From a virus (lineage: Duplodnaviria > Caudoviricetes), in IMG/VR virus record IMGVR_UViG_3300028914_000003, positions 1-64,000 of that record: a stretch of DNA of 64,000 nt; one strand, given 5' to 3'. Below the pieces are notes generated by a model. It worked only from the letters and a program-made list of their open reading frames with translations. It did not search any database and was not told the origin of the DNA. This document shows, piece by piece, positions 48,872-57,006 of the stretch (positions are counted from its first letter, which is position 1; each line of letters begins with the position of its first letter). Position numbers and translations under genes: made by a program.

Positions 48872-49795
48872 TCAGGCCGCCTGCCTGAATTGTTTCAGCA
48901 GCGCGGCCCTTAACCTCTCCGCAAGAGTAGGCTCTGCCTTGGTTTCAGGTTTTACGTCGGCCCTATTGTCAACCACCACCGTTCCCAGATCCGCACCGAC
49001 CCACTTCTCCAGGTCGAACGTGCTGTAGTAGCGCTTGTCAACCGTACATGTAGTGACGTCGGCATCCAATAGAGGCATTATCAGCAGCAGCGTGTCCTCG
49101 CCGACGAACAGCACCGCACGGCTGCTGTCCACGAAGCGCATCTCCGTAGGCTGCATAGCCAGCAGGTCGCGCAGATACTTGCCGTTCAGCGATACCCACA
49201 TCTTGTAGGGCATCTCGCCGACGCCGACATCCTTCTGTCCGCGCTCGTCCATGTCGTAGTTCTCCCAGCAGAAAGCCAGCGTCTTGCTGCCCTGCTCTCC
49301 ATAGAGCCTGACGGGATAGATGCTGCTGTCCTGCTTTGCCACGATTTCCTTCAGCGCAGCGTCCCACGCCTTCCAGTCCACGTCAATAGGCCAGCCAGTA
49401 GTCTGGGGAATGACCGAACGCCAACGAGGATAGCGGCTCGTCTGCCGCAGCTCAGCCGTCTCGCCCTTCTCGTCGGTAGCCGTGGTCACCGTCTCGTAGC
49501 CGTCGATGGCCACCGTCACCTCTACCCTGCCCTTCATCTGCAGCACCTCCTTGGGCAGCATCATCATGTCGCCCAGCACAGCGCCGTCGCTCGGGTCAAA
49601 GTGATAGTCCTTCAGCTTGTGGGCCGCCAGCACATGGCCGGTAGTAGCCACCATGATACCCGTCTCCATCTCAATAGCCGGAAAAACCTTGAACACGTTA
49701 GGGTCTTTCTTTTCCAGACACTTCTTCATCTTCTGAAGCATCTTGTCGGCAGTGAACTGAATCCGTGCCGACACGTTTTTTGTCGTCTTTTTCAT
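48872..49795 (-). CDS. DNA polymerase III beta-clamp-like protein
   Basis: MVATTGHVLA, YPRWRSVIP, LNGKYLRDLL, LLLIMPL mirror DnaN motifs. Confidence 0.6.
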   Translation of the reverse strand: MKKTTKNVSARIQFTADKMLQKMKKCLEKKDPNVFKVFPAIEMETGIMVATTGHVLAAHKLKDYHFDPSDGAVLGDMMMLPKEVLQMKGRVEVTVAIDGYETVTTATDEKGETAELRQTSRYPRWRSVIPQTTGWPIDVDWKAWDAALKEIVAKQDSSIYPVRLYGEQGSKTLAFCWENYDMDERGQKDVGVGEMPYKMWVSLNGKYLRDLLAMQPTEMRFVDSSRAVLFVGEDTLLLIMPLLDADVTTCTVDKRYYSTFDLEKWVGADLGTVVVDNRADVKPETKAEPTLAERLRAALLKQFRQAA

Positions 49796-49990
49796 ACACG
49801 TATATGTTTGGGGGTTAATTACTGTCGTTCAAAAAGACCGGCGGGCTTCACAGCAGGCCGGGCTTCCACTCAAAATCATCAATGGGCCGCCGGAGCACCC
49901 GGCTGGCCCTACAATTATGAAAACACAAATGTATAGTGCCCCGCATCCCATCAAAGGGTAGGCTCTTGTGGCCGTGCAGGGCGATAGGGT

Positions 49991-50620
49991 TCAGTTCTGT
50001 ATCGACGTGAGAATGCCATTCTCGAAATACAGGTAGTTGTGTCCGCCGTAGCACCACTGCTCATGCTCGCCGTATCTTCCTGTGCTGCGGTTGATGTCGC
50101 GCGGCCTGCCCCAAGCCGCGCGGCACTGCTCGGCGGTCATGCCGAGGCACACCTGGCCCTTGTGGATAATCGTGGCCGTCTCCTCGTCACACCCGAGCTT
50201 CTCCATGATACGCTCGATAGGCTTCATCTTCGCACGCCTCTCCGCCTCTCGCCTGGCAGCTTCCGCCTCGGCCTTCTTTCGCGCCGCCTCCTGATCCTTC
50301 ACGGCCTGCTGGCAGATGCCGTTGGCCGTGACGTACTCCGCAGCGTCGGGGTGGTACTTCTTCATCATGGCGAGGTTCGTCTTCAGCGCGTCGTACTCCT
50401 TCGCCGCATAGTTCTCACGGATAGCGGCCAGCAGCTTGCCCGGTGCGTAGCGGTAGCCGTCCAGCTCCTTCTGCAGGTCGGCATAGTCAGCCGACAGTTT
50501 CTTACACACAGCCGTCAGGCTGTCCGTCATTCTCACCTGGGCGTCGTACTTTCTCTGGTCAACGCCACAACTCGTCAGCAGCATTACCACGGCTGCCGTC
50601 ATCCAAATAAATCTCTTCAT
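49991..50620 (-). CDS. Lipoprotein with C-terminal SmpA/DUF2845-like domain
   Basis: Lipobox LTSC; GMTAEQCRAAWGRP...EQWCY...YLYFENG. Confidence 0.7.
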   Translation of the reverse strand: MKRFIWMTAAVVMLLTSCGVDQRKYDAQVRMTDSLTAVCKKLSADYADLQKELDGYRYAPGKLLAAIRENYAAKEYDALKTNLAMMKKYHPDAAEYVTANGICQQAVKDQEAARKKAEAEAARREAERRAKMKPIERIMEKLGCDEETATIIHKGQVCLGMTAEQCRAAWGRPRDINRSTGRYGEHEQWCYGGHNYLYFENGILTSIQN

Positions 50621-50661
50621 AATCTCGTTGTTTTTTTAATGGGTTAATAATTCGTGATTGT

Positions 50662-51093
50662 TCAAATTTTCGCAATGATATCCTGGAACACGACGCTCTC
50701 GCTCCACCACTCCTCGGAGAGGTGGCCGTGCTCCTCGCCCCACTCTTCCAGCAGGTCATGCACCTCGTCGTCATAGTCCGTCTCCAAAGGCCGGCGCTGC
50801 TCGTAGCACACATTAACCTGTGCCTTAATCACTGCCACGATGCTTGCGCCAAGCTGCTCCCTCACATAGTTCAGAGCCTCGGTGAGCTCAGGGAAGCCAT
50901 CCTCCTCCGGCTCATCGTCCTCGTCGAAGTCCTCCACCTCGGCCTTCACGAAGCCGTCGGCATGAGCCGCATAGTAGAAGGGCTCGTTCTTCACCTTCTC
51001 CAGGGCGATGGCCTGTGCCTGCTCGTCCGTCTCAGCCTCGATGCCGTATAGTATCTTCGACACCGTGATATCCATAAACACTTTGTACTTCAT
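50662..51093 (-). CDS. Hypothetical acidic protein
   Basis: 143 aa. Confidence 0.65.
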   Translation of the reverse strand: MKYKVFMDITVSKILYGIEAETDEQAQAIALEKVKNEPFYYAAHADGFVKAEVEDFDEDDEPEEDGFPELTEALNYVREQLGASIVAVIKAQVNVCYEQRRPLETDYDDEVHDLLEEWGEEHGHLSEEWWSESVVFQDIIAKI

Positions 51094-51112
51094 AGTCTCT
51101 TTTCGTTTAAGT

Positions 51113-51511
51113 TCATTCACAAATCCACCAGAAACCCACATATAGCACGTTGCCCTCACGCTTGAACTCCACCTCGGCAGAGTCGGGCTCGATGCAGTTG
51201 TCCTTCAGTCCCGTCTCCCAGTCACGGAAGATGCCCTCATAGTAGCGGAAGAAGTCGTCACGCATAGAGAAGAAGTCCGTCACAGCCGGACAGGCCTTCA
51301 GCTCGATACGGATGGTGTTGCTCGACTCGCTCCACTGTGCATCGACGATGCAGTCCAGATAGAGGTTGTCGCAGTCCACTTTCACAGGCCCCGTCATGTG
51401 GCTCTTGCGGCCTTTCATGTCGGCGCACTCATAGCAGCCCTGGAACACCTCGTCACGCAGGCTGTCGTCAATCAGGTTCTTGCCGTCGAACGGCGCAGGT
51501 ATTCTTTTCAT
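51113..51511 (-). CDS. Hypothetical protein
   Basis: 132 aa. Confidence 0.7.
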   Translation of the reverse strand: MKRIPAPFDGKNLIDDSLRDEVFQGCYECADMKGRKSHMTGPVKVDCDNLYLDCIVDAQWSESSNTIRIELKACPAVTDFFSMRDDFFRYYEGIFRDWETGLKDNCIEPDSAEVEFKREGNVLYVGFWWICE

Positions 51512-51514
51512 AAC

Positions 51515-51757
51515 TCAGTTGCCGTTTTGTTTTAACAGTTCATACAGCGAGGGACCGCCCTTGCGCTCCTCGTCCACGTAGGCATCGACCATCCACTGGG
51601 GATAGACGCCGAACTTGACTTCCTTTACGTCGAAATAAAGCCCTCTGTAGTACGCTGCCTTTTCCAGACACTCTTGCTTCTTGCCGCCACATATCTGTGC
51701 AGCATACTTCTCTCCGTCGTGGAACTTAATCACGACGCAGTTTCCTTCAAATCCCAT
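51515..51757 (-). CDS. Hypothetical protein directly downstream of the ncRNA array
   Basis: 80 aa. Confidence 0.65.
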   Translation of the reverse strand: MGFEGNCVVIKFHDGEKYAAQICGGKKQECLEKAAYYRGLYFDVKEVKFGVYPQWMVDAYVDEERKGGPSLYELLKQNGN

Positions 51758-51784
51758 AATCGTTTTGATTTTTCGTTTTCGTTA

Positions 51785-52822
51785 ATTGACTGCCTCGCGG
51801 ACCGGCATAGTGCTTTAATAGCTTGATGATACACGAGCTGGGAAGCCCAGGCTTGGAGTCTGCCATCGAAGGTCTCGATGGCAAGACTCTCAAGCAGGGC
51901 TTATCCGAAAGCTCGAGTACTAAACAACTCCGCTCCACAATCTCATCGTGGCAGTATGCGCTGCCGCTGCTCATCATTCCTGACGCATGGCTTTATCAGG
52001 TCGATATCAACAGGTTAAGAACCTGGATGAAGACTGGGAATATCCCAGTCGGAATCCAGGTCTACTTTACCTGTTGGATAAATATGAATGCCTTGCAGCC
52101 ATCATACCACTGCGCTGTGGTCGTTCGTCCTGCTCTGCGGATACGGCATAGTGCTTTATCTCTCCGATGTCAAACAGTGTGAGCGAAGGCAGGCACGCCG
52201 TCGCTGGCATGGTAAGGCTTGCGACGGCGTGCCTGCCTTACGTTGAACACTGTTGATTAAATATCATCCGCCTTGCAGGATAGGGGCAGTATGCTCTGCC
52301 GTAGAAAGTGCTCCGTGCCCGGTGCGTTGGCTTTAGATGTTCGATGACAAGCTGGATGTCAGTACAGCTCATCAGATGCCCGCGGAGATAGTTCGCGGGC
52401 ATCAGATAGAGCTGGACTTCATAACATCCAGCTCGCTAAACATGGCACGTCTCACTGACCATAGCGGCGCACGCCGCTCTTTCCACCTCCCCGTGCTTGG
52501 TGTGTCGCTGTATCTCTCCGATGTTGCTAACCGGCTGGGGACGGTGATGCGCCTTCAGAGTACAGGTGATGCACCTGTATTCTGAGGCACTTCCCGTCAA
52601 TTGTTGCAGGTTAGCCTAAATCGTCGCACGTCCCGGTGGCTCATAGTCCACACTGACTAAGTGACTTCCGCCTTGCGGCCTGGCATAGGGCTATAATACT
52701 TCGATGATGACAGATCACGAAGGAGATCGGACCCTGACACCATAGGTTCAGGGTCCATCTCCGATAGAGTGATCTGTTATTAAATCTCTGCCGCCCTGCG
52801 GAAGCCATGCTGTATGCGCAGC
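51785..52822 (-). ncRNA. Array of six structured RT-associated ncRNA units: A 51785-51965, B 51966-52121, C 52128-52300, D 52307-52478, E 52483-52659, F 52665-52822
   Basis: GCTNTA-N6-YGATR at 51812, 51990, 52153, 52330, 52507, 52690 (spacing 163-183); each unit has a long hairpin, TAAA, closing stem and hexaloop hairpin. Confidence 0.85.
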
Positions 52823-52832
52823 CTCTCATGCC

Positions 52833-53990
52833 TTAGCGGTTACGGCGCTTGTCGCACGCAGCCTCCTTCGCCTCGCGCCACTCCTGACGCTTCTTCTCGA
52901 TGTCGATATGGTTCTCCTCAATCATCTGCTTCATCAGGCCGAACAGGCGCCAGCCCTCGTCCCAGTACAGCTCGGCGGCAGCGTCAAGCATCTCCAGAGA
53001 GCTCTTGCCGCGCTCATAGAAGTCGTTGTCCTTGGGGAACTTCGCACCGTGGAAGCGCAGCAGGTTCTGCATGGTGAAGTAGGCACCGGCACCCTTGTAG
53101 GCATCCTTCCAGCGGGCGCACTGCTTGTACTTACACATCCACTCCTTGCCATAGGCCTGCTTCCAGAACACACGCACAGCCGTCTCCAACTGCACGGGTG
53201 TCTTCGCGTGCCTGATGCCGGTGAGTGCAATACGCAGCGGCTGGATGAGCTTCTTGTCGATATCCTCGACGAACACGCCCTTGCCGAAGCCATTCACGCG
53301 GATATAGGGCGCACCCTTGCAGTGGCGGATGTCCTGCTTCAGCGCCACCTCGCGCAGCTGCTTGATGAAGTCCTCGGCCATGGCCACGCAGACCTCCTTG
53401 TTGAACCAGCGGCTGCGCGCCTCGAAGTTCTCCATGTCCTTGCCGTACATCTTCGCCTGGGCATGCAGCTCGTCGATGAGCATCTTCCACTGATACTCGT
53501 AGCCGTGACGCTCCATCCACTCGGTGAAGCCGATGAGACGGCCGTGGTAGTCACGCTCAGACAGGCCGCGGAATACCTGCGACATCACCCAGCGGCGGAA
53601 CAGGTTCTTATTTGGTACGGTGCCACCGCCGATAATCTGACGGATGACAGGATCGTCCTCGTTCACCTGCACGGGGCGTCCGTCCTCGTCATAGGTCATC
53701 AGGCACTCGCTGCCGTCGAGGGCAGTCATCGAGAAGTACTTCTTCGTACCGATGCCTGCCTTGTTCAGCGCCTCGGCACGCTTCGACACGGGCAGATAGA
53801 CGGTGCCCAGTCCGGAGTCAGCACCCAGCACCGTCACGTTCTTGGCCGTGTGCTCATGCTCTGCCAGGATATCGAACTCCGCGCCGCACTCCGGGCATAC
53901 CACGCGGGTAGGATTGTTGGTCACTGTAGTGCTCTTCTTGGTGGTAGCACTCTTCTTGTCAGTCACTGTAGTTGCTTTCTTTGTTGTCAT
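52833..53990 (-). CDS. RT-associated partner protein (N-terminal CPEC motif, helical core)
   Basis: 385 aa, embedded between ncRNA units, co-oriented with the RT. Confidence 0.75.
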   Translation of the reverse strand: MTTKKATTVTDKKSATTKKSTTVTNNPTRVVCPECGAEFDILAEHEHTAKNVTVLGADSGLGTVYLPVSKRAEALNKAGIGTKKYFSMTALDGSECLMTYDEDGRPVQVNEDDPVIRQIIGGGTVPNKNLFRRWVMSQVFRGLSERDYHGRLIGFTEWMERHGYEYQWKMLIDELHAQAKMYGKDMENFEARSRWFNKEVCVAMAEDFIKQLREVALKQDIRHCKGAPYIRVNGFGKGVFVEDIDKKLIQPLRIALTGIRHAKTPVQLETAVRVFWKQAYGKEWMCKYKQCARWKDAYKGAGAYFTMQNLLRFHGAKFPKDNDFYERGKSSLEMLDAAAELYWDEGWRLFGLMKQMIEENHIDIEKKRQEWREAKEAACDKRRNR

Positions 53991-54031
53991 AATTGTATGA
54001 ATTAAAGGGTTTATAAAAAAGTTATTGTTTG

Positions 54032-54317
54032 TCTATCGCCATTAACATGGCACATGGATATGCTCTGCTGATATAAATGCTTGATAAAAAAGCGTGTCTT
54101 ACTGCGATAGATAGTCAGGGTGTGCGCCCTGAAAATGCCTGCTCCTTGCGACAGAAGCACATGGCTATAGGTTGTCGATGATTGAGCTGTGGCGCCAGAA
54201 CAGGCGCCAGGATCCATCCACGGTGACAACCTGGACGGATCCAGGCGCCCGCTCTGGTTCAACCCAGCTCAACTAAACACGTTGTCGCCATAAGCAGGCG
54301 GGGCGGTGTGCGCCGCC
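54032..54317 (-). ncRNA. Two further units: G 54137-54317 (complete) and H 54032-54131 (lacks the long hairpin)
   Basis: GCTATA-N6-CGATG at 54164; GATATG-N6-TGATA at 54057; same closing stem and TGTGCG hexaloop hairpins. Confidence 0.8.
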
Positions 54318-54324
54318 AATAGTA

Positions 54325-55971
54325 TCACGCTGCCTCAGTCAGCGGCTCAGTCCACGACCGCAGCACCACGAGGTCGGTGTCGTTCTCGCTCTGCCAGAAC
54401 CAACCGCTACCTTCAGGCATCGTGAAACCCTGCAAGGCTTTCAGTAGCTCTCGCTCGGCCTGCTCACGGCTGATGCCATAGAGCATGTCGTCATCTGACA
54501 GCTCGCTTTCCGGCAGGGCATAGAACCGATGCGTCCGGTTCATCGTCTTCTCGCTCGGCACGGAGTGCTTGTAAGCAGCGTAAGCGGCTTCAAGCATCTC
54601 GATAGATGTCTGCTCCCCTCCCTCGGAGGGGTCGGGGGTGGCCTTGGGGTGGGTGGGCTGGATAATCGACAGCGAGCGCACCAGCGTGTCATACGCCGCA
54701 CGGCTCGTTCTTATCGCATTCTGCATACACCCCAGCGAGATATAGCCAGAGATATCGTCGCCCGTCTTGCGGCGGTTAGCCGAGACGTTGCGTCCCCTGC
54801 CTCTGACGATACATCCTACCTTGCCCTGCTTGTCATAGCCCAAGCCTCCGATTTTCCGCTTGCCGGTCTCGACGGCACGCAGGGCATCCATGACAAACGA
54901 GTTCATCGTGTCGATGTCCTCTCTGACATTGACGACACCGAGGATGCCCGTAGCCCACGAGTGACCCTGTCCGTCACCATGATAGAGATAGCGGTTCACC
55001 GAGTTCAGCGCCTTGGCAAATGAGATGCCATGATACCTGCCGTCCTTGCCTTTGACCTTGGCCTTGATAGTGCGTGTCTCTATCTCCTTCTGGAACTTCT
55101 TCAGCCGGCTGCTGCTCATAGACAAGCTCGCTCCCTTGATAGAGAAGCCGAGGAACTTGAACCAGTGCTTGTCATCCAGCCACTCGACTTTCTTCGGATT
55201 CAGGTGCATCTGCATCTTCTCCAGCTCCTCACTCAGCGCGTCCATAGCCTGCTTGGCATCAGGACCGATACACAGGATGTCGTCGCAATACCTGACGTAA
55301 TAGACATTCATCCCCGACAGCCGCTCGTCGATATGATAGAGTATCACGTCGGCCAGCCAGCTTGCCACGGCGCAGCCCTGCTTCAGGGAGCGGTACTTCT
55401 CCTTGACCACATGGTCGGTGTCGATATACAAGTCACTGTGGTAGTACTTCCTGAGCACATCCACCAGCGCGCTCTTGCCGCAGCGCTCCTCGACCATGTC
55501 AAATGCCTGGTCGATATACTCCGCGGGCACGGAGTCAAAGTACTTGCTCAAATCGGCCTTGAAGCCGATAGGGCCGTCAGCATCACGACTCGCCACGACG
55601 ATAGCCTGACTTGCCTCCTGCACCACCTTGCCGCAGCCGACACCCTTGAGGTACGACATACACCTCGGATGCACCTTGTCGCGGAACAGCTCGAAGAGCA
55701 TGTCATTCACGATACTCAGCACCACACGGTCGGCAGGCTCGTTGACACACACCTCGCGATACTCGCCCGGCGTGTCCTTCGGGATAAGGGCGATATGCGG
55801 CGGGGCAATCTCGTACTCTCCGGCCTTGATAGCCTTATAAATCTTGATGCGCACCTCCTCCTTACAGAGCTGGTACAGCCAGTTCTTAGGGATATCCTTC
55901 CCAACGCCCTTGGCGATAGCATACTCCCACCGCTCGGGCTCAAAGAACATCTGCAATAGTTTATCTTCCAT
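54325..55971 (-). CDS. Reverse transcriptase (unclassified/UG-type)
   Basis: IPKD..GEYREV, FKADLSKYFDSV, LKQGCAVASWLAD, YVRYCDD, FKFLGF; start MEDKLL at 55971 (alternative 55992). Confidence 0.92.
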   Translation of the reverse strand: MEDKLLQMFFEPERWEYAIAKGVGKDIPKNWLYQLCKEEVRIKIYKAIKAGEYEIAPPHIALIPKDTPGEYREVCVNEPADRVVLSIVNDMLFELFRDKVHPRCMSYLKGVGCGKVVQEASQAIVVASRDADGPIGFKADLSKYFDSVPAEYIDQAFDMVEERCGKSALVDVLRKYYHSDLYIDTDHVVKEKYRSLKQGCAVASWLADVILYHIDERLSGMNVYYVRYCDDILCIGPDAKQAMDALSEELEKMQMHLNPKKVEWLDDKHWFKFLGFSIKGASLSMSSSRLKKFQKEIETRTIKAKVKGKDGRYHGISFAKALNSVNRYLYHGDGQGHSWATGILGVVNVREDIDTMNSFVMDALRAVETGKRKIGGLGYDKQGKVGCIVRGRGRNVSANRRKTGDDISGYISLGCMQNAIRTSRAAYDTLVRSLSIIQPTHPKATPDPSEGGEQTSIEMLEAAYAAYKHSVPSEKTMNRTHRFYALPESELSDDDMLYGISREQAERELLKALQGFTMPEGSGWFWQSENDTDLVVLRSWTEPLTEAA

Positions 55972-55988
55972 AGTCGTAATCGTTTTAG

Positions 55989-56213
55989 TCATTCAAAAGT
56001 CTTCGACGCCAACGACTCGATAGTAAAGCCGCACAGCGTCATCATGATATCGTCTACAAACTGAGGGTCTTTCTCGTAGGCATCCATGAGCCTGCGGAAC
56101 TTCTTGCGCGACGGCTCTTCGTCGCTTGCCATCTCGTCACCGATGGTGATGAAGAAATCGTCCATCAGGTCCTCGTCGTTGGCAATCTTGATAAGATTAG
56201 GGTCTGTCAGCAT
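55989..56213 (-). CDS. Hypothetical protein upstream of the RT
   Basis: 74 aa. Confidence 0.65.
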   Translation of the reverse strand: MLTDPNLIKIANDEDLMDDFFITIGDEMASDEEPSRKKFRRLMDAYEKDPQFVDDIMMTLCGFTIESLASKTFE

Positions 56214-56226
56214 ATTCGTATCGTAT

Positions 56227-56589
56227 TTAGTAACTCATAAAATGCAGGTATCCGTCACGGGTGTCGGCCTCCTGCTGATAGCTCTTCATAATCTTCAGCA
56301 CCTCCTCGGCCGTCATCTTCAGAGCATTCAGGTGCTCCTTGATGTCGTCGCTCTCGTCGAGCAGCGTCGGGTCGCTGATATACACCTCGAGGTTCTGCAC
56401 CGCGTCGTTATAGTCCCCCACGGTGCACTCGAAGATGTCGCTCGGACAGTCCACATCACCGCAGACATAGTTAGGCTCACCGCCCAGCGCACCGAGCAGG
56501 TCATAGAACTTGTCGTGGCTGTAGTTGAACGCCTCCGTATTGCCAAACTCCACCTCGTAGTGCTTGGCTACATGTAATCTCTTTCCCAT
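56227..56589 (-). CDS. Hypothetical protein
   Basis: 120 aa. Confidence 0.7.
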   Translation of the reverse strand: MGKRLHVAKHYEVEFGNTEAFNYSHDKFYDLLGALGGEPNYVCGDVDCPSDIFECTVGDYNDAVQNLEVYISDPTLLDESDDIKEHLNALKMTAEEVLKIMKSYQQEADTRDGYLHFMSY

Positions 56590-56595
56590 AATTGT

Positions 56596-56967
56596 TTATT
56601 TTTCGATTTCGCATTTGGTTATTGTCAACTCGATGTGGTCGGTGGGATAGTAGCCTTGCTTGCAGGCTCGGTAGAGCATGGACTCGTCGTGCTCCACCTC
56701 CCAGTCCTTGCGCTTCACATACTGGAGGATAGACTCGTCGCCGCCGTCATCCAGCAGGAAGTCGTGCATATACTTCACGGCTGCATCCTCAGTCGGGAAT
56801 ACCTTGACGATAATGTCGGCACACTCGCCGTCCCACGCCTGCTCGCCGGTAAACACCCAGACATACTCCGGCTTGCTCTCTGCAATAGCATGCAGCGACT
56901 CCGAAATATCATGGAGCAGGTTCGGCACCCGCTCCATGAACTGTTGTTCTAATACTGTCATAGTCAT
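56596..56967 (-). CDS. Hypothetical protein
   Basis: 123 aa. Confidence 0.7.
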   Translation of the reverse strand: MTMTVLEQQFMERVPNLLHDISESLHAIAESKPEYVWVFTGEQAWDGECADIIVKVFPTEDAAVKYMHDFLLDDGGDESILQYVKRKDWEVEHDESMLYRACKQGYYPTDHIELTITKCEIEK

Positions 56968-57006
56968 TGTCGTTAAAGTTAGTGATATCCGTATTCCAGT
57001 GCAAGG

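Noticed and set aside
51785-52822. CRISPR array interpretation
   Set aside because: No identical direct repeats; period 163-183 nt; conservation is structural; no cas genes in the window
51747-52829. ORFs 51823-52182(+), 52337-52585(+), 51747-51977(-), 52641-52829(-) and 54011-54262(-)
   Set aside because: They overlap the structured units, lack normal start contexts and protein-like composition; treated as spurious
51830-54317. Array hairpins as simple terminators or REP elements
   Set aside because: No U tails, stems far longer than terminators, and embedded in a conserved multi-element scaffold with a covarying pseudoknot
54325-55992. RT as DGR, group II intron or canonical retron
   Set aside because: No adenine-variant TR/VR pair or avd seen, no intron domain V/VI or interrupted gene, no NAxxH/VTG retron motifs, and multiple RNA units rather than one
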